A DNA stretch of 64,000 nt, from NCBI GenBank assembly GCA_029258885.1, contig JAPDJW010000002.1:160001-224000 (forward strand), in the 5' to 3' direction. A program made the translations under genes and the position numbers. Positions within the stretch are counted from its first letter, which is position 1; every line of letters starts with the position of its first letter. The notes below the pieces were generated by a model, which was not told where the DNA came from, did not search any database, and was given only the letters and a program-made list of their open reading frames with translations. Source of the stretch: Thermoproteota archaeon (lineage in GTDB: Archaea; Thermoproteota; Thermoprotei; Thermofilales; B9-G17). Positions 11,201 to 19,764 of this stretch are shown one piece after another.

Positions 11201-12797
11201 GAACACCTATCTGGCACCAACATACACTGGAATACTCATACGAGATAGCCTGTGGAGAAACATACCTACGAAAGTTATTAATTTAGTAAACTTAACTTTA
11301 AAGGAGTCCGGATACCCCTACAGCATATCAACTAGGGTATGGCTTTACCCATCGGATTCAATATACATAGCTGGCAGGAATGAGGAATTCAAGGGGCTAA
11401 TTAGCGCTTTCTTAGGCTTCGATTGGAGGGAGGATAAGGTATCGGGTATAAGCGGCCTCATTGTGAGGGGTAGATGGTTTAAGGAGAACGATTATCAAGT
11501 ATGTATTGTTGATGAAAAGGCTGTGGAATATCTAGGCATAAATCTAACTAACGTAGCTTTAGGCAGGGAATACCTTACTTTCTCTAATGGATTAAAGCTG
11601 AAGGTGGTAGGCGTAATAAATGGTAAATTATTCAGTAACAAGCTGGAGCTGGATGGAGGAAACTTTACTCTCCTAGATATTAAGGGTATAGCTGTGGGCT
11701 TAAAAGAGGAGCGTATGAAGCTATTCAGATATTTGCCTACCAGTATAGTGCGGGGGGAGGATCTAGGCTACTTCATAGTAATAGTGCCTTCAAAACTAGC
11801 CTTAGACTTGGGAGGAAAAGTCTATAGTATAGCCGTAAAGGTTCATGAAGCTAACATCTATAGGACGCTGGAGGCCATCGACGATATAGCTAAAAATCTA
11901 GCATTAAGGCTAAACAAGACGTACTTTATATACGCCGTACAATTAACTCCGAAAAAGACTTTAAGTGTCTATAGATATATGGTCTCCCCAGTGTATGTAT
12001 CAGGAAGCGTAGAGCAGCTCGTAATACCGATTGCTATAGGCATATTAATACTATTCAACTCTATGCTATCAAACGTGTACGAGAGAGCTAAGGAAATAGG
12101 CGTCTACAGCGCATTAGGATTATCGCCTTATCATGTATCGGGAATGTTTCTAGCTGAAGCAGTAATTCTAGCCGTAGTAAGTAGCATGATAGGTTATTTA
12201 ATGGGCGTATTCCTGGCTAAAATGATAAACGTATTCAAGCTATTCCCCAAAATATATCTAAACTTCACCATCAGCATACCGATATATTCAACTATGCTTT
12301 CGATAGCTGCATCCCTGCTTGCTATATGGTATCCAGTACTCAGAGCATCTAAGATGGTAACACCATCCTTTGAAAGGGAATGGAAGCCAAAAAGCAAGCC
12401 TAGAGGAGATGCCTGGATAGTAAACCTGCCGTTCGTAGCTACAAGTATGAGCGAAGCTAAGGCTATTCTTAAATTCATCTTGGAGTACCTCGAACATTAT
12501 AGAGTACACGGCAAAATATTCACTACGCTGGAGGCAGGTATACGCTACGAGGAGGAAACGCCGGTACTCAAGGCAAAACTTCAGATGGCACCATATGAGC
12601 TTGGAATACAGCAGGACGTATCTATAGTTATATCCAGGATAGCGGAAGAACGATACTCGTTCACGCTTGAAATGAGGAGAATTAGAGGTCCAAGACAGTC
12701 TTGGATAAGATCCTCGACTATTCTTGCGAGAGAGCTTAGAAAGCAATTCCTAATATGGAGGGGGTTAAGTCTTGAGGAGAAGAGAAAATACGAATAA
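8235..12797 (+). CDS. PA + M28 peptidase-like ectodomain fused to MacB/FtsX-like permease (1520 aa), module copy 1
   Basis: TTG start after AGGTGA; signal peptide. PA domain GELVYVGSG...DKIVLID. M28-like VAAHYDS...PGADE...SGHWEGLAGA. MacB TM1 MMRRRKLRSSLT. FtsX motif SNVYERAKEIGVYSALGLSP. Confidence 0.85.
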   Translation: MRRSHTKLKYSLIIFLIITILFLPTVSASPGSSTPVSDVEVIKKFIGNSTAAVLSHVRTLSSYGSRVVGTQGFYEARDYIASIMSNLADEIYYQNFTVAVPRYDIDFSYSVDGNNYRAKIYAILPNGFSLGQIGDIEGELVYVGSGELDSYRNMNVNDKIVLIDFESEINWLRYGSILGPPKAYIFIEPYVRGATFNDSLGTEFTRKDVYGQYVSIPINTPRFYARISDIKHILSLLENGKTIKGKIRVRAEWRLVKACNIIGYIKGTVFPDEVLIVAAHYDSYSIVPEISPGADEALGISFMLELMKFFSINRPKRSILFVALSGHWEGLAGARIFTKNIILGKTYNVKLFIYLAFSASGSELAILHAGRFYFNPTAGIEYHRAGVLDKLNLYIGQLKIKLYGGERSVESFIYPGYAWLNIIYGDPLSIFDSEAFTLAGGYGLAFYVPGPRLYWGTPYDEYSKFKENFENNVVSRKSNFLEASASLIYILANDLELNIKEPSFRLFDTNYGGFSTIRGRVLIYNLSTGWYTPVPNAIVRLRVIASMPNSFGLGIYGGYPKIKAEYVEGYYTTSGSIINITDSKGEFTIYGISPSALLGTEYLPSIRYSYIIEACILNERGEIEYYSDLGVHSRDVVFEINREEEMVNHVIFRCGSIIAYSIIEPETLSIPKIFRLEVRDALSHMTPQFYGSTFYSFSEGYSAFIVFSRPDTPIEIFIVSRSPLTGEPKPLVFLNNVSRGLRAEYGRSTYLKFSFIQIAEDLYNICSERYSMFYSQGIRNLEVEDNLNSIRLYLDKAREKVALNEYTQSMILALEAWKLAREVYVKLYYEGLNIRFSIIFVFILLIPFIYFFERLLFMYPDIKRQTLAMVSISIVIVVFLYLMHPAFKLVEDLFLLFLGVLISVLTLPTMAILLFDFASLLYVFKKKVRGPHFTGISRSGAIVAAFNIGASMMRRRKLRSSLTFATLVIIILALIIFSFPAVTIGVVKRNTYLAPTYTGILIRDSLWRNIPTKVINLVNLTLKESGYPYSISTRVWLYPSDSIYIAGRNEEFKGLISAFLGFDWREDKVSGISGLIVRGRWFKENDYQVCIVDEKAVEYLGINLTNVALGREYLTFSNGLKLKVVGVINGKLFSNKLELDGGNFTLLDIKGIAVGLKEERMKLFRYLPTSIVRGEDLGYFIVIVPSKLALDLGGKVYSIAVKVHEANIYRTLEAIDDIAKNLALRLNKTYFIYAVQLTPKKTLSVYRYMVSPVYVSGSVEQLVIPIAIGILILFNSMLSNVYERAKEIGVYSALGLSPYHVSGMFLAEAVILAVVSSMIGYLMGVFLAKMINVFKLFPKIYLNFTISIPIYSTMLSIAASLLAIWYPVLRASKMVTPSFEREWKPKSKPRGDAWIVNLPFVATSMSEAKAILKFILEYLEHYRVHGKIFTTLEAGIRYEEETPVLKAKLQMAPYELGIQQDVSIVISRIAEERYSFTLEMRRIRGPRQSWIRSSTILARELRKQFLIWRGLSLEEKRKYE

Positions 12798-14661
12798 ATT
12801 AAAAGAAGGCTTCACTATAAGGTCAATCTTAGGAATACTCTATGTAATACTAATACTATTGCCCACAAACATGTACTATACTTTAGCCATAGGCGGAAGC
12901 CTAGCGTTTGCAGCGCCGATAATATCCCTAATATTCTTCCTTGAAGTATTCCGCTTCTCGGAACGTCCGCTGACGAAACAGGAGGCTTTTATCATATACT
13001 CGATAGCCTCTGAAGCAGCTATGGGGAGCGTTGCGATGGCCCTGATAGGAAACGTATATTTTAGGGCAAGTCCGATGGCAGAGTACTTTGGAATAAGCGG
13101 AATAATACCCGACTGGTGGGCGCCAGCTCCCACATCCGAGGCAATACAGCTCCGCACGTTCTTCCACAGCGACTGGATTCTACCAATAACAATTCTATTC
13201 TCTGCGTGGACTCTAGGAAAAATCATAGATTTCTCGCTAGCAACATACCTCTACTACCAGCTGATAGAGATAGAGAACCTACCCTTCCCGCTAGCTAAGG
13301 TCTCAGCTGAAACAGTACTAAGCTTAGCAGACCCCAGATACGCGCATAAGAGGAGGATGTTCGCTATTGCAAGTATCGTTGGGCTGGCATATGGAATAAT
13401 AACATACTTAGTACCGATACTAACCGACTATAGGTTAGTCATAATTCCATCCCCATTCTACGATCTAACCAGATATATTGAGCATATTGCGCCGGGAGCC
13501 AGCTTGGGAGTATCAACGGACTTGGTGGCATATACTGTAGCCTTCTATATGCCTCACAGTTTCATCATAGTACTATTTATGACGTCCCTGGCAGTATACC
13601 TCTTCGGAAACCACCTGCTGGTTAAAAACGGCTATTTCAAACTCTACATGCCCGGAATGAGCCTTGGGGAAATATTCACGTGGTCCTACATCTCCTACTG
13701 GATAAACCCAACAGTAGGATTCGGAGTAGCAATAGCACTCTTCCAAATAATATACAATAGAAAGTATATTCTAGATGCTATAGGGAAGTTCGGACAGGTA
13801 GGTGAGGTTGCTACACTCAAGACAAAATTGCCAGCATACATGTTCTTTGCATCCACCGCCATAGCTTCCCTCATGGCATGGGCTCTCTCAGGCTTCAACC
13901 CATACTACCTATTAATCATAGTCTCGGTTTCAATAGTCTGGTCGTTCCTGTTCTCACATCTACAGGGAAGAGCTCTAGCAGAATTCGGAATTACGTTTGA
14001 TATACCATACTTCGTGCCTGCAATAATATATATAAGTGGAGCCAGGGACCCCAAGCTATGGTTTGTACAGACTGCTGGCTTCACAGTCTATACAGGAGGA
14101 GTTAGTTTACTCCAGCAGTTGAAGGTAGCAACTCTCTGTGAGACTAAGCCAATGAGCTATATTAAAGCCTGGTTCTTCACGTGGTTCGTAGGGGCAATAG
14201 CGAGCATAATATTTCTACAAATGTTCTGGAGCATAGCTCCGATACCCTCCTCGATGTATCCGGCATCGCTAATAAACTTCCCAGTACAGGCAGCTGAACA
14301 ATATTTACTTCTATCTACAGTCACCGAAATAGGGAGTAAGGCCATTACGCTGGATATCCACAGCATTACATACGGCTTCATTATTGGAGTAGTTTTATCA
14401 GCGCTAGCATACCTCCTAGGAAAATCGCCTTCACTAATAGGCCTAGGAATACTTGCAGGCATGAGGACATGGATATCAACGGCCATATCGTTTACAATAG
14501 GAATAGTAATTGCTAGGATAATTCAGAAAATATTGGGAAGGGAGAAGTGGGAGGATAGCAGATTCGTTATTGCAGCTGGGACATACGCTGGACTGGGGCT
14601 GGCAATAGGATTAAGCGTAATTATATTGTTCCTAAAGAAGGCATTAATTCTGCCGTACTAG
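12772..14661 (+). CDS. OPT-superfamily oligopeptide-transporter-like membrane protein, class A, module copy 1
   Basis: TTG start after GGAGGGGG, overlapping the upstream gene. EGFTIRS, PLTKQEAFIIYS, IEIENLPFP and WSIAPIPSSMYP are shared with 34920-36854 and 53467-55422. Confidence 0.75.
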   Translation: MRRRENTNKLKEGFTIRSILGILYVILILLPTNMYYTLAIGGSLAFAAPIISLIFFLEVFRFSERPLTKQEAFIIYSIASEAAMGSVAMALIGNVYFRASPMAEYFGISGIIPDWWAPAPTSEAIQLRTFFHSDWILPITILFSAWTLGKIIDFSLATYLYYQLIEIENLPFPLAKVSAETVLSLADPRYAHKRRMFAIASIVGLAYGIITYLVPILTDYRLVIIPSPFYDLTRYIEHIAPGASLGVSTDLVAYTVAFYMPHSFIIVLFMTSLAVYLFGNHLLVKNGYFKLYMPGMSLGEIFTWSYISYWINPTVGFGVAIALFQIIYNRKYILDAIGKFGQVGEVATLKTKLPAYMFFASTAIASLMAWALSGFNPYYLLIIVSVSIVWSFLFSHLQGRALAEFGITFDIPYFVPAIIYISGARDPKLWFVQTAGFTVYTGGVSLLQQLKVATLCETKPMSYIKAWFFTWFVGAIASIIFLQMFWSIAPIPSSMYPASLINFPVQAAEQYLLLSTVTEIGSKAITLDIHSITYGFIIGVVLSALAYLLGKSPSLIGLGILAGMRTWISTAISFTIGIVIARIIQKILGREKWEDSRFVIAAGTYAGLGLAIGLSVIILFLKKALILPY

Positions 14662-14670
14662 GGATAGCTC

Positions 14671-14737
14671 ATATGCGGCGGCCAGCGTCATCCCCCTAAG
14701 GGGGTACGTATTTATATAATTAATCATCGCCGTAAAT
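14671..14737 (-). other. GC-rich structured intergenic element (imperfect outer stem plus CCCCC-TAA-GGGGG hairpin); candidate small RNA, terminator or mini-element
   Basis: 14671-14681 pairs with 14727-14737 (10/11 with GU). Perfect hairpin at 14692-14704. The minus strand reads GGCGAUGA...GAUGACGCUGGCCGCC. Confidence 0.3.
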
Positions 14738-14779
14738 AGTAATCCCAAACTTATACTTAAGTATTGAGGATATAGCAAC

Positions 14780-16057
14780 TTATTCAATACTTTCATCCCT
14801 AGCAGATGGCTTTAACAACCATTTCCATAGAGGCACCACCTCAATACATTTATCCTTTATATCAATGACGTCTTCCTCCGCCCATGTGATAATTGTCCCC
14901 CTCTTTATCTTCAGCTCATTCAAAGCTTTAAACATCTTCTTTACATGGCTCTGCTGTACTTCGTATGTAACCTCAATTAGATCTTTTACATATCCCCTTT
15001 CCCTTACTAGGAAATCTACCTCTTCTCTACCCTTGGTTCTATAGTATGATATGTCCGTAAATGGACTACTTCTTCTAAGCAGTTCTATAAAAACTAGGTT
15101 TTCAATTTTTCTCCCGATATCAAGAGTCTCCGGAAAGAGGTTTGAAAAGGATACATCAATAACATACAGTTTCCTAGGGTTAACTATACGACTCCGCTGA
15201 GAATAGGAAAATATCTCCAGAGTATAGACGAGGAAGGCCTGCTTCATGTAGCCTATATAGTTTATCAGGGTTTTTACATCTATATCCACGCCCATAGACT
15301 TCAATATGCGATTTATAGATCTATAGGATATCAGATTAGAATAGTTTGATAAAGTAAAATAGAAAACAGACTTAAAGATCTCAATATTTTCGATATTGAA
15401 CCTCTCAATTATGTCCTTAAAGAATATAGTCTCAAGCAAGCTTATGATCTTCTCCCTAGACCTCTGTAACCAAACCTCAGGAAAACCTCCCCACTTAAGA
15501 TACTCTTCAAGCAAGCGTAGTATTCTTCCTCTCTCCCTAAACGTTCTTACCTCAAAGTCTACTAGCTCCCTAAACGATAGGGGGTATAGGATTTTAGAGA
15601 TATATCGTCCCCTTAATCTCTTGGGAATCTCTGAGGACATTAAAGTAGATGAAGAGCCTGAAACATATATTCTGAAATCTTTGACGTCGTGAAGCCACCG
15701 CAGATTAAAGTCCCAGTTCTCCCACTCCTGAATCTCGTCTAAGAAAAGATAAACACGACCATGAGGATAATCCTTCCTCACGAGCTCCGCAAATTTTCTA
15801 ACATCCATCTTTCTCAGAAAAGGCTCATCTAGAGAAGCGTATATTACCTGCTTACCGGAATCCAGTAGTTCCCTAGCTTTTTTCAATAACATAAATGTTT
15901 TCCCTACCCTTCTAGCTCCTATCAATGCAAGAATATCCGTGTACTCTCCAAGCTCCATTCTCCTTCTAATCTCCCTTACATACCTCAAAGATTCCAGATA
16001 CTCGTAGGTTATCTCAAGCAGGCTTACCATACCTATCTGTAGAATATTGTTCCACAA
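14780..16057 (-). CDS. AAA_14 / DUF4143 ATP-binding protein (COG1373-type)
   Basis: Walker A GARRVGKT, Walker B LFLDEIQ, SGSS, GGFPE, KLYVID and EVDF..EV C-terminal nuclease-like region. Confidence 0.9.
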   Translation of the reverse strand: MWNNILQIGMVSLLEITYEYLESLRYVREIRRRMELGEYTDILALIGARRVGKTFMLLKKARELLDSGKQVIYASLDEPFLRKMDVRKFAELVRKDYPHGRVYLFLDEIQEWENWDFNLRWLHDVKDFRIYVSGSSSTLMSSEIPKRLRGRYISKILYPLSFRELVDFEVRTFRERGRILRLLEEYLKWGGFPEVWLQRSREKIISLLETIFFKDIIERFNIENIEIFKSVFYFTLSNYSNLISYRSINRILKSMGVDIDVKTLINYIGYMKQAFLVYTLEIFSYSQRSRIVNPRKLYVIDVSFSNLFPETLDIGRKIENLVFIELLRRSSPFTDISYYRTKGREEVDFLVRERGYVKDLIEVTYEVQQSHVKKMFKALNELKIKRGTIITWAEEDVIDIKDKCIEVVPLWKWLLKPSARDESIE

Positions 16058-16128
16058 AAAATATAAATTTTATGGAATAATACTCCACAATACAATAACC
16101 AATCTACTAGAAGTTTAAGCAATCGAAA

Positions 16129-16941
16129 TTAATCTATACTAATAGCCTTCCTTGAGACGTATTCATCTTCGAGACTATATACAACTACCATATTTTTCCC
16201 GAGGGGAGCGAACTCAAGTATGCCTTCATCATACCTAGTTAAAGTACTTGAAGCAATGATGTAGCATCCGCTACCATGTTTAGCTTCATAAAGCTCGCAG
16301 TACTCCCTCCTAGCTTCACCATAGATAATCCTTGCAACAAGCAATTCAACCTTATCCCTGGGGGAAAACTTTAAAATTAAGATATTAGAGCACGAACCAT
16401 AAAGCCCTTTATCGTGAAGCAATTCGTGCAGTTTAATAAAGCCATCAATTAACTTTCCATCGTTCTTCTCAACAAATTCCCTTAGGAGCATCGCGTGAAT
16501 AAAAGTATCAGAAACACTATCCAAATCCACCTTAACCCTATTAGACAACAGCTCGTACGCCTTCACCTTATCGATACCGCCGTTCTGAGCGAAAAATACC
16601 AGGCTTCCATCGTTCGATGTAAAGGAGAATGGATGAGCTGAAAACGTATCAACAGGGGTATTCTTCGACGCCTTCCTAGTATGTACTAAGCCTAATGCAA
16701 TGCTATAACGTCTAAGCAGCCTTTCCAGAGCACTAATACTTGAATCCTCCCATATAGGAACTCTAGTCTTATAGCTTAACAACCTCCACTCATCCTCCTT
16801 TAAAGCAACGGCGTATCCCCAGCCATCATCATGCTGCTTAAATGAAGCCAAAATCTCTCTTCTAGATGCATTAACCAGCAACTTGAGAAGATAGCCAACA
16901 TCGAATTCCTCAGTTAATGCAAAAGCGAGAAGCCTACACAC
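16129..16941 (-). CDS. Class II (Ntn) glutamine amidotransferase-like protein (EgtC/YafJ-like)
   Basis: N-terminal (M)CRLL nucleophile, HDDGWG, HTRKAS, AHPF, QNG and SDT. GTG start after AAAGGAG. Confidence 0.85.
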   Translation of the reverse strand: MCRLLAFALTEEFDVGYLLKLLVNASRREILASFKQHDDGWGYAVALKEDEWRLLSYKTRVPIWEDSSISALERLLRRYSIALGLVHTRKASKNTPVDTFSAHPFSFTSNDGSLVFFAQNGGIDKVKAYELLSNRVKVDLDSVSDTFIHAMLLREFVEKNDGKLIDGFIKLHELLHDKGLYGSCSNILILKFSPRDKVELLVARIIYGEARREYCELYEAKHGSGCYIIASSTLTRYDEGILEFAPLGKNMVVVYSLEDEYVSRKAISID

Positions 16942-17145
16942 CTCCTTTCACCTCTCTAATTTTAAACGAAGGGTAATATATCCCTTAGCAGTACACGTTA
17001 ATCTTATAAAATTACCGCCCAGCCGATACCACAGGCTAAAACTATTAAATTTATAGGAATCAGCTTTTAAGTTAAGCATTAAATACAATAATATTTAGGA
17101 TTCAGCTTATAATTATCATAACAACATCTTGATAAGGAGTGGAAC

Positions 17146-18396
17146 GTGGTTAAGAGGCTGGATCCAGCATTATGTGCCAAGTGTAAGGGAACTAGGAGAC
17201 TATGCGGTAGACCTGTCTGTCCCATTTTAAAGAGAATAGAGAACCTAGTTAAAGTAAAGAACGTGGTAAGTAAGAGGGAGCTCTTCGCTGCAACCCCGCC
17301 CTCAGTGTTAGTCGGCGAGCAGGGATATCCCTATATCTGGCTAGGGCCAAATGTAGCGCCATTGACCGGAGATAGTGCAGTTGAATACGATAATCCCGAG
17401 CTGTGGTGGGGAGTAAAGAACATCAATGATATTATAGCGCTACGCTCCTCAATGGTTTTCTCAAGGTTTAGACTCAAAGTATCCAAGGCTAGATCGGCTT
17501 CCGATAAACTGCTGGATTTAACGAGAGAGGCAGCGTTATCCGTAAAGCCTGTTGATGCAGAGTATCTCTTCGCCAAGCCCCCCAGGCCACAGTTAAAGTT
17601 TGATGGAATACTTTCCCCCATAGGTCCTAGAGCACGCCTAGTTAAGATGAACATAGTAGATAACCCGGTAGTTCCAAGGAAGGTCGATAACATAGTAGAG
17701 GACTACGATGTATTAGCTCGAGACGCCATTAGAGAGCTGTATCAGCACGGCGTAAGCTTCTATCATATAGTGAGAATATTCAGCCTAGGAATGCTTGGCG
17801 TGAAAATCCAGAGGAGGCTGGTGCCGACTAGATGGGCGATAACGGCCGTAGACAGCACTCTAGGCGATCTACTTTTAAAGAAGGTTAAGGAGTATAAGGC
17901 TATAAACCAGATAGAACTCTACTTCACAGAGTATATAGGGAATAGATACGTATTGATCCTCGCACCGGGAGCCTGGTCCTTTGAAATGATAGAGATATGG
18001 CTACCTAGAAGCGTATGGGTCAAGGATGTTAAGCCATACTTTACCGTAAACTACGAGCTATACGACGGCAGGTGGAGGAGGCCTGGGGTCGATGGAGGAT
18101 ATCATGCTATAAGATTTCCCGTACTCGAATCACTATTCCAGAGGAGGAGGCAGGCTACAGTCATAGCCATAAGGGAGGTTACGAGGGAATACTATGCTCC
18201 AGTTGGATCCTGGCAGATAAGGGAGAGCGTACGTCATGCATTAAAATCAAAGCCTAAAATCTTCCCGACACTAGTAGATGCGTTAAAATCGGCAAGCAAA
18301 TACATTGATACATCCATTAACCTAATTATAAGGGAGTCGTACCTACTTAAACTGCTATTAACTCAACGTAAGATAACGGAATTTCAGGAGAAATAA
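17146..18396 (+). CDS. nreA: Archaeal DNA repair protein NreA (DUF650/DUF651)
   Basis: N-terminal CAKCKG..LCGRPVCP zinc ribbon, PPSVLVG, LVPTRWAITAVD, YYAPVGSWQIRE and C-terminal PIP box QRKITEF. Confidence 0.92.
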   Translation: MVKRLDPALCAKCKGTRRLCGRPVCPILKRIENLVKVKNVVSKRELFAATPPSVLVGEQGYPYIWLGPNVAPLTGDSAVEYDNPELWWGVKNINDIIALRSSMVFSRFRLKVSKARSASDKLLDLTREAALSVKPVDAEYLFAKPPRPQLKFDGILSPIGPRARLVKMNIVDNPVVPRKVDNIVEDYDVLARDAIRELYQHGVSFYHIVRIFSLGMLGVKIQRRLVPTRWAITAVDSTLGDLLLKKVKEYKAINQIELYFTEYIGNRYVLILAPGAWSFEMIEIWLPRSVWVKDVKPYFTVNYELYDGRWRRPGVDGGYHAIRFPVLESLFQRRRQATVIAIREVTREYYAPVGSWQIRESVRHALKSKPKIFPTLVDALKSASKYIDTSINLIIRESYLLKLLLTQRKITEFQEK

Positions 18397-19403
18397 TGGA
18401 GCCCGGCGACCTAATAATATATACTCTTCCAGGCCTCGAGGAATATCTAAAGTATGAGTGTATAAAGAGCGAGCTAAACGTTAAATCCGTTAATCCGCTG
18501 GGAATAGGCGGGAGAGTACTTATAAGTAGGGGCTACGACCCAGCCAAGATATTAAGCTTAAGAACAGCTGAAAACAGCCTAGAAGTAATAGGTTTAGAAT
18601 ATCTAGCGTCAATTGATGCAAGAAACATCAGGCTCGCCATTAGACGAATACTGAGAGGCATGAAGAAAGGCGAGCGCCAATATTCAATAAAAACAGGTAT
18701 GTATGGGAGATGCTTTAGCCACATCCACCTAACTAGGATATTTGCAAGGGAATTTGAGAGAGTATTTAAGAAGAAGCCATTGGAATCCGCAGCTAATGTT
18801 CTAAAGCTGGAACTCTACTGCCGGGATAAAATAGTGGTCGTGGGAAGGCTTCTTTCAAATAAACCATTACATAGGAGGCCATACTTTAAAATGCTCCACC
18901 CAGCTTCGCTGAATCCATTAATAGCTTCAGCAATAGCCATAGAGGCTAAACGGAGAGGGTTAAAGCTACTTTATGATCCCATGTGCGGATGTGGAACAAT
19001 ACCCATAGAATACCTATTAACGTGTCGAGGCGAAGCCTATGCTTCAGATATAGTTATGAAGCATGTTAAAGCCACGGGAATAAACGCTTTATCGGCTGGT
19101 GTGGACGACAGATGTCATCCCTTTTGCTCAGACATAAGTCTCCCTGCTCTAGCCAGTCAAGTAGATATCCTGGCAACTAATCCGCCTAGAGGACGCAGAA
19201 TGAGAGCTGATGTCAAGGCAGTGTATAGGAAGCTACATAAACTAGCATTGAAAATGATCTCCAAGGACGGCCTTTTCTGCATAGTAACGCCATACAAGTT
19301 TACTGTAGCAAGAGTATTCAGTAGGTTTAGCCTCGAGAAGGAGGTAAGGGTATTGAAGGGCAATTTAAAGCTCTATCTAATGATACTAACTTCCTCTAGG
19401 TAG
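18396..19403 (+). CDS. THUMP-domain SAM-dependent RNA methyltransferase (Trm14/UPF0020-like)
   Basis: HPASLNPLIASAI, DPMCGCGTIPIE motif I and TNPPRG motif IV. Start overlaps the nreA stop (TAATG). Confidence 0.8.
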   Translation: MEPGDLIIYTLPGLEEYLKYECIKSELNVKSVNPLGIGGRVLISRGYDPAKILSLRTAENSLEVIGLEYLASIDARNIRLAIRRILRGMKKGERQYSIKTGMYGRCFSHIHLTRIFAREFERVFKKKPLESAANVLKLELYCRDKIVVVGRLLSNKPLHRRPYFKMLHPASLNPLIASAIAIEAKRRGLKLLYDPMCGCGTIPIEYLLTCRGEAYASDIVMKHVKATGINALSAGVDDRCHPFCSDISLPALASQVDILATNPPRGRRMRADVKAVYRKLHKLALKMISKDGLFCIVTPYKFTVARVFSRFSLEKEVRVLKGNLKLYLMILTSSR

Positions 19404-19486
19404 GCTAAAATCCTATACGCTTTAGAATAGGGGAGTTATAGGGTCATTTCCCTTATTAGGCTAAATTTCCTGATAGCTGGATAGTA

Positions 19487-19528
19487 TTTATATGATCGAA
19501 AATAATATTATTACTCGGTGAATTCGAT
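19487..19528 (+). promoter_or_regulatory. vapBC promoter: TATA box plus downstream palindromic operator candidate
   Basis: TTTATAT at 19487-19493. Perfect palindrome AATAATATTATT at 19501-19512, flanked by ATCGAA (19495-19500) and TTCGAT (19523-19528). Confidence 0.45.
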
Positions 19529-19764
19529 TGATAGCTATTGGCCGAGTAGGCTCGAAAGGAGAGCTCTTCCCTCCTAAGAAGATTAGGGAGAAGTTAGGTA
19601 TTAAGCCGCACATGAAAGTAGTCTATAGAGTTGAGAAGGGGAGACTCATCGTAGAGCCTATTCCAAGTTTAGAAGATGTTCTAAGAGAACCTCCTGAAAT
19701 TGAAATAACTTTGGAGGAATTCCATGAGTTTAGGAAGAAGCTTTCGCGAGAGGCTGAGACATGA
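19528..19764 (+). CDS. vapB: AbrB/MazE/SpoVT-family antitoxin
   Basis: GRVGSKGELFPPKKIREKLGIKP...VEKGRLIVEP AbrB fold. 4-bp overlap with the PIN gene. Confidence 0.88.
   Translation: MIAIGRVGSKGELFPPKKIREKLGIKPHMKVVYRVEKGRLIVEPIPSLEDVLREPPEIEITLEEFHEFRKKLSREAET

Noticed and set aside
8235-12797. Annotating the large fusions as active aminopeptidases or ordinary FtsX cell-division proteins
   Set aside because: Catalytic M28 residues are replaced, and there is no ftsE or division-gene context.
14671-14737. Fluoride (crcB) riboswitch or box C/D sRNA match suggested by GGCGAUG...GAUGAC
   Set aside because: It lacks the GGCGA/UCGCC P1 hairpin and pseudoknot, lies 3' rather than 5' of a gene, and has no CUGA D box. 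Kept only as an unclassified structured element.
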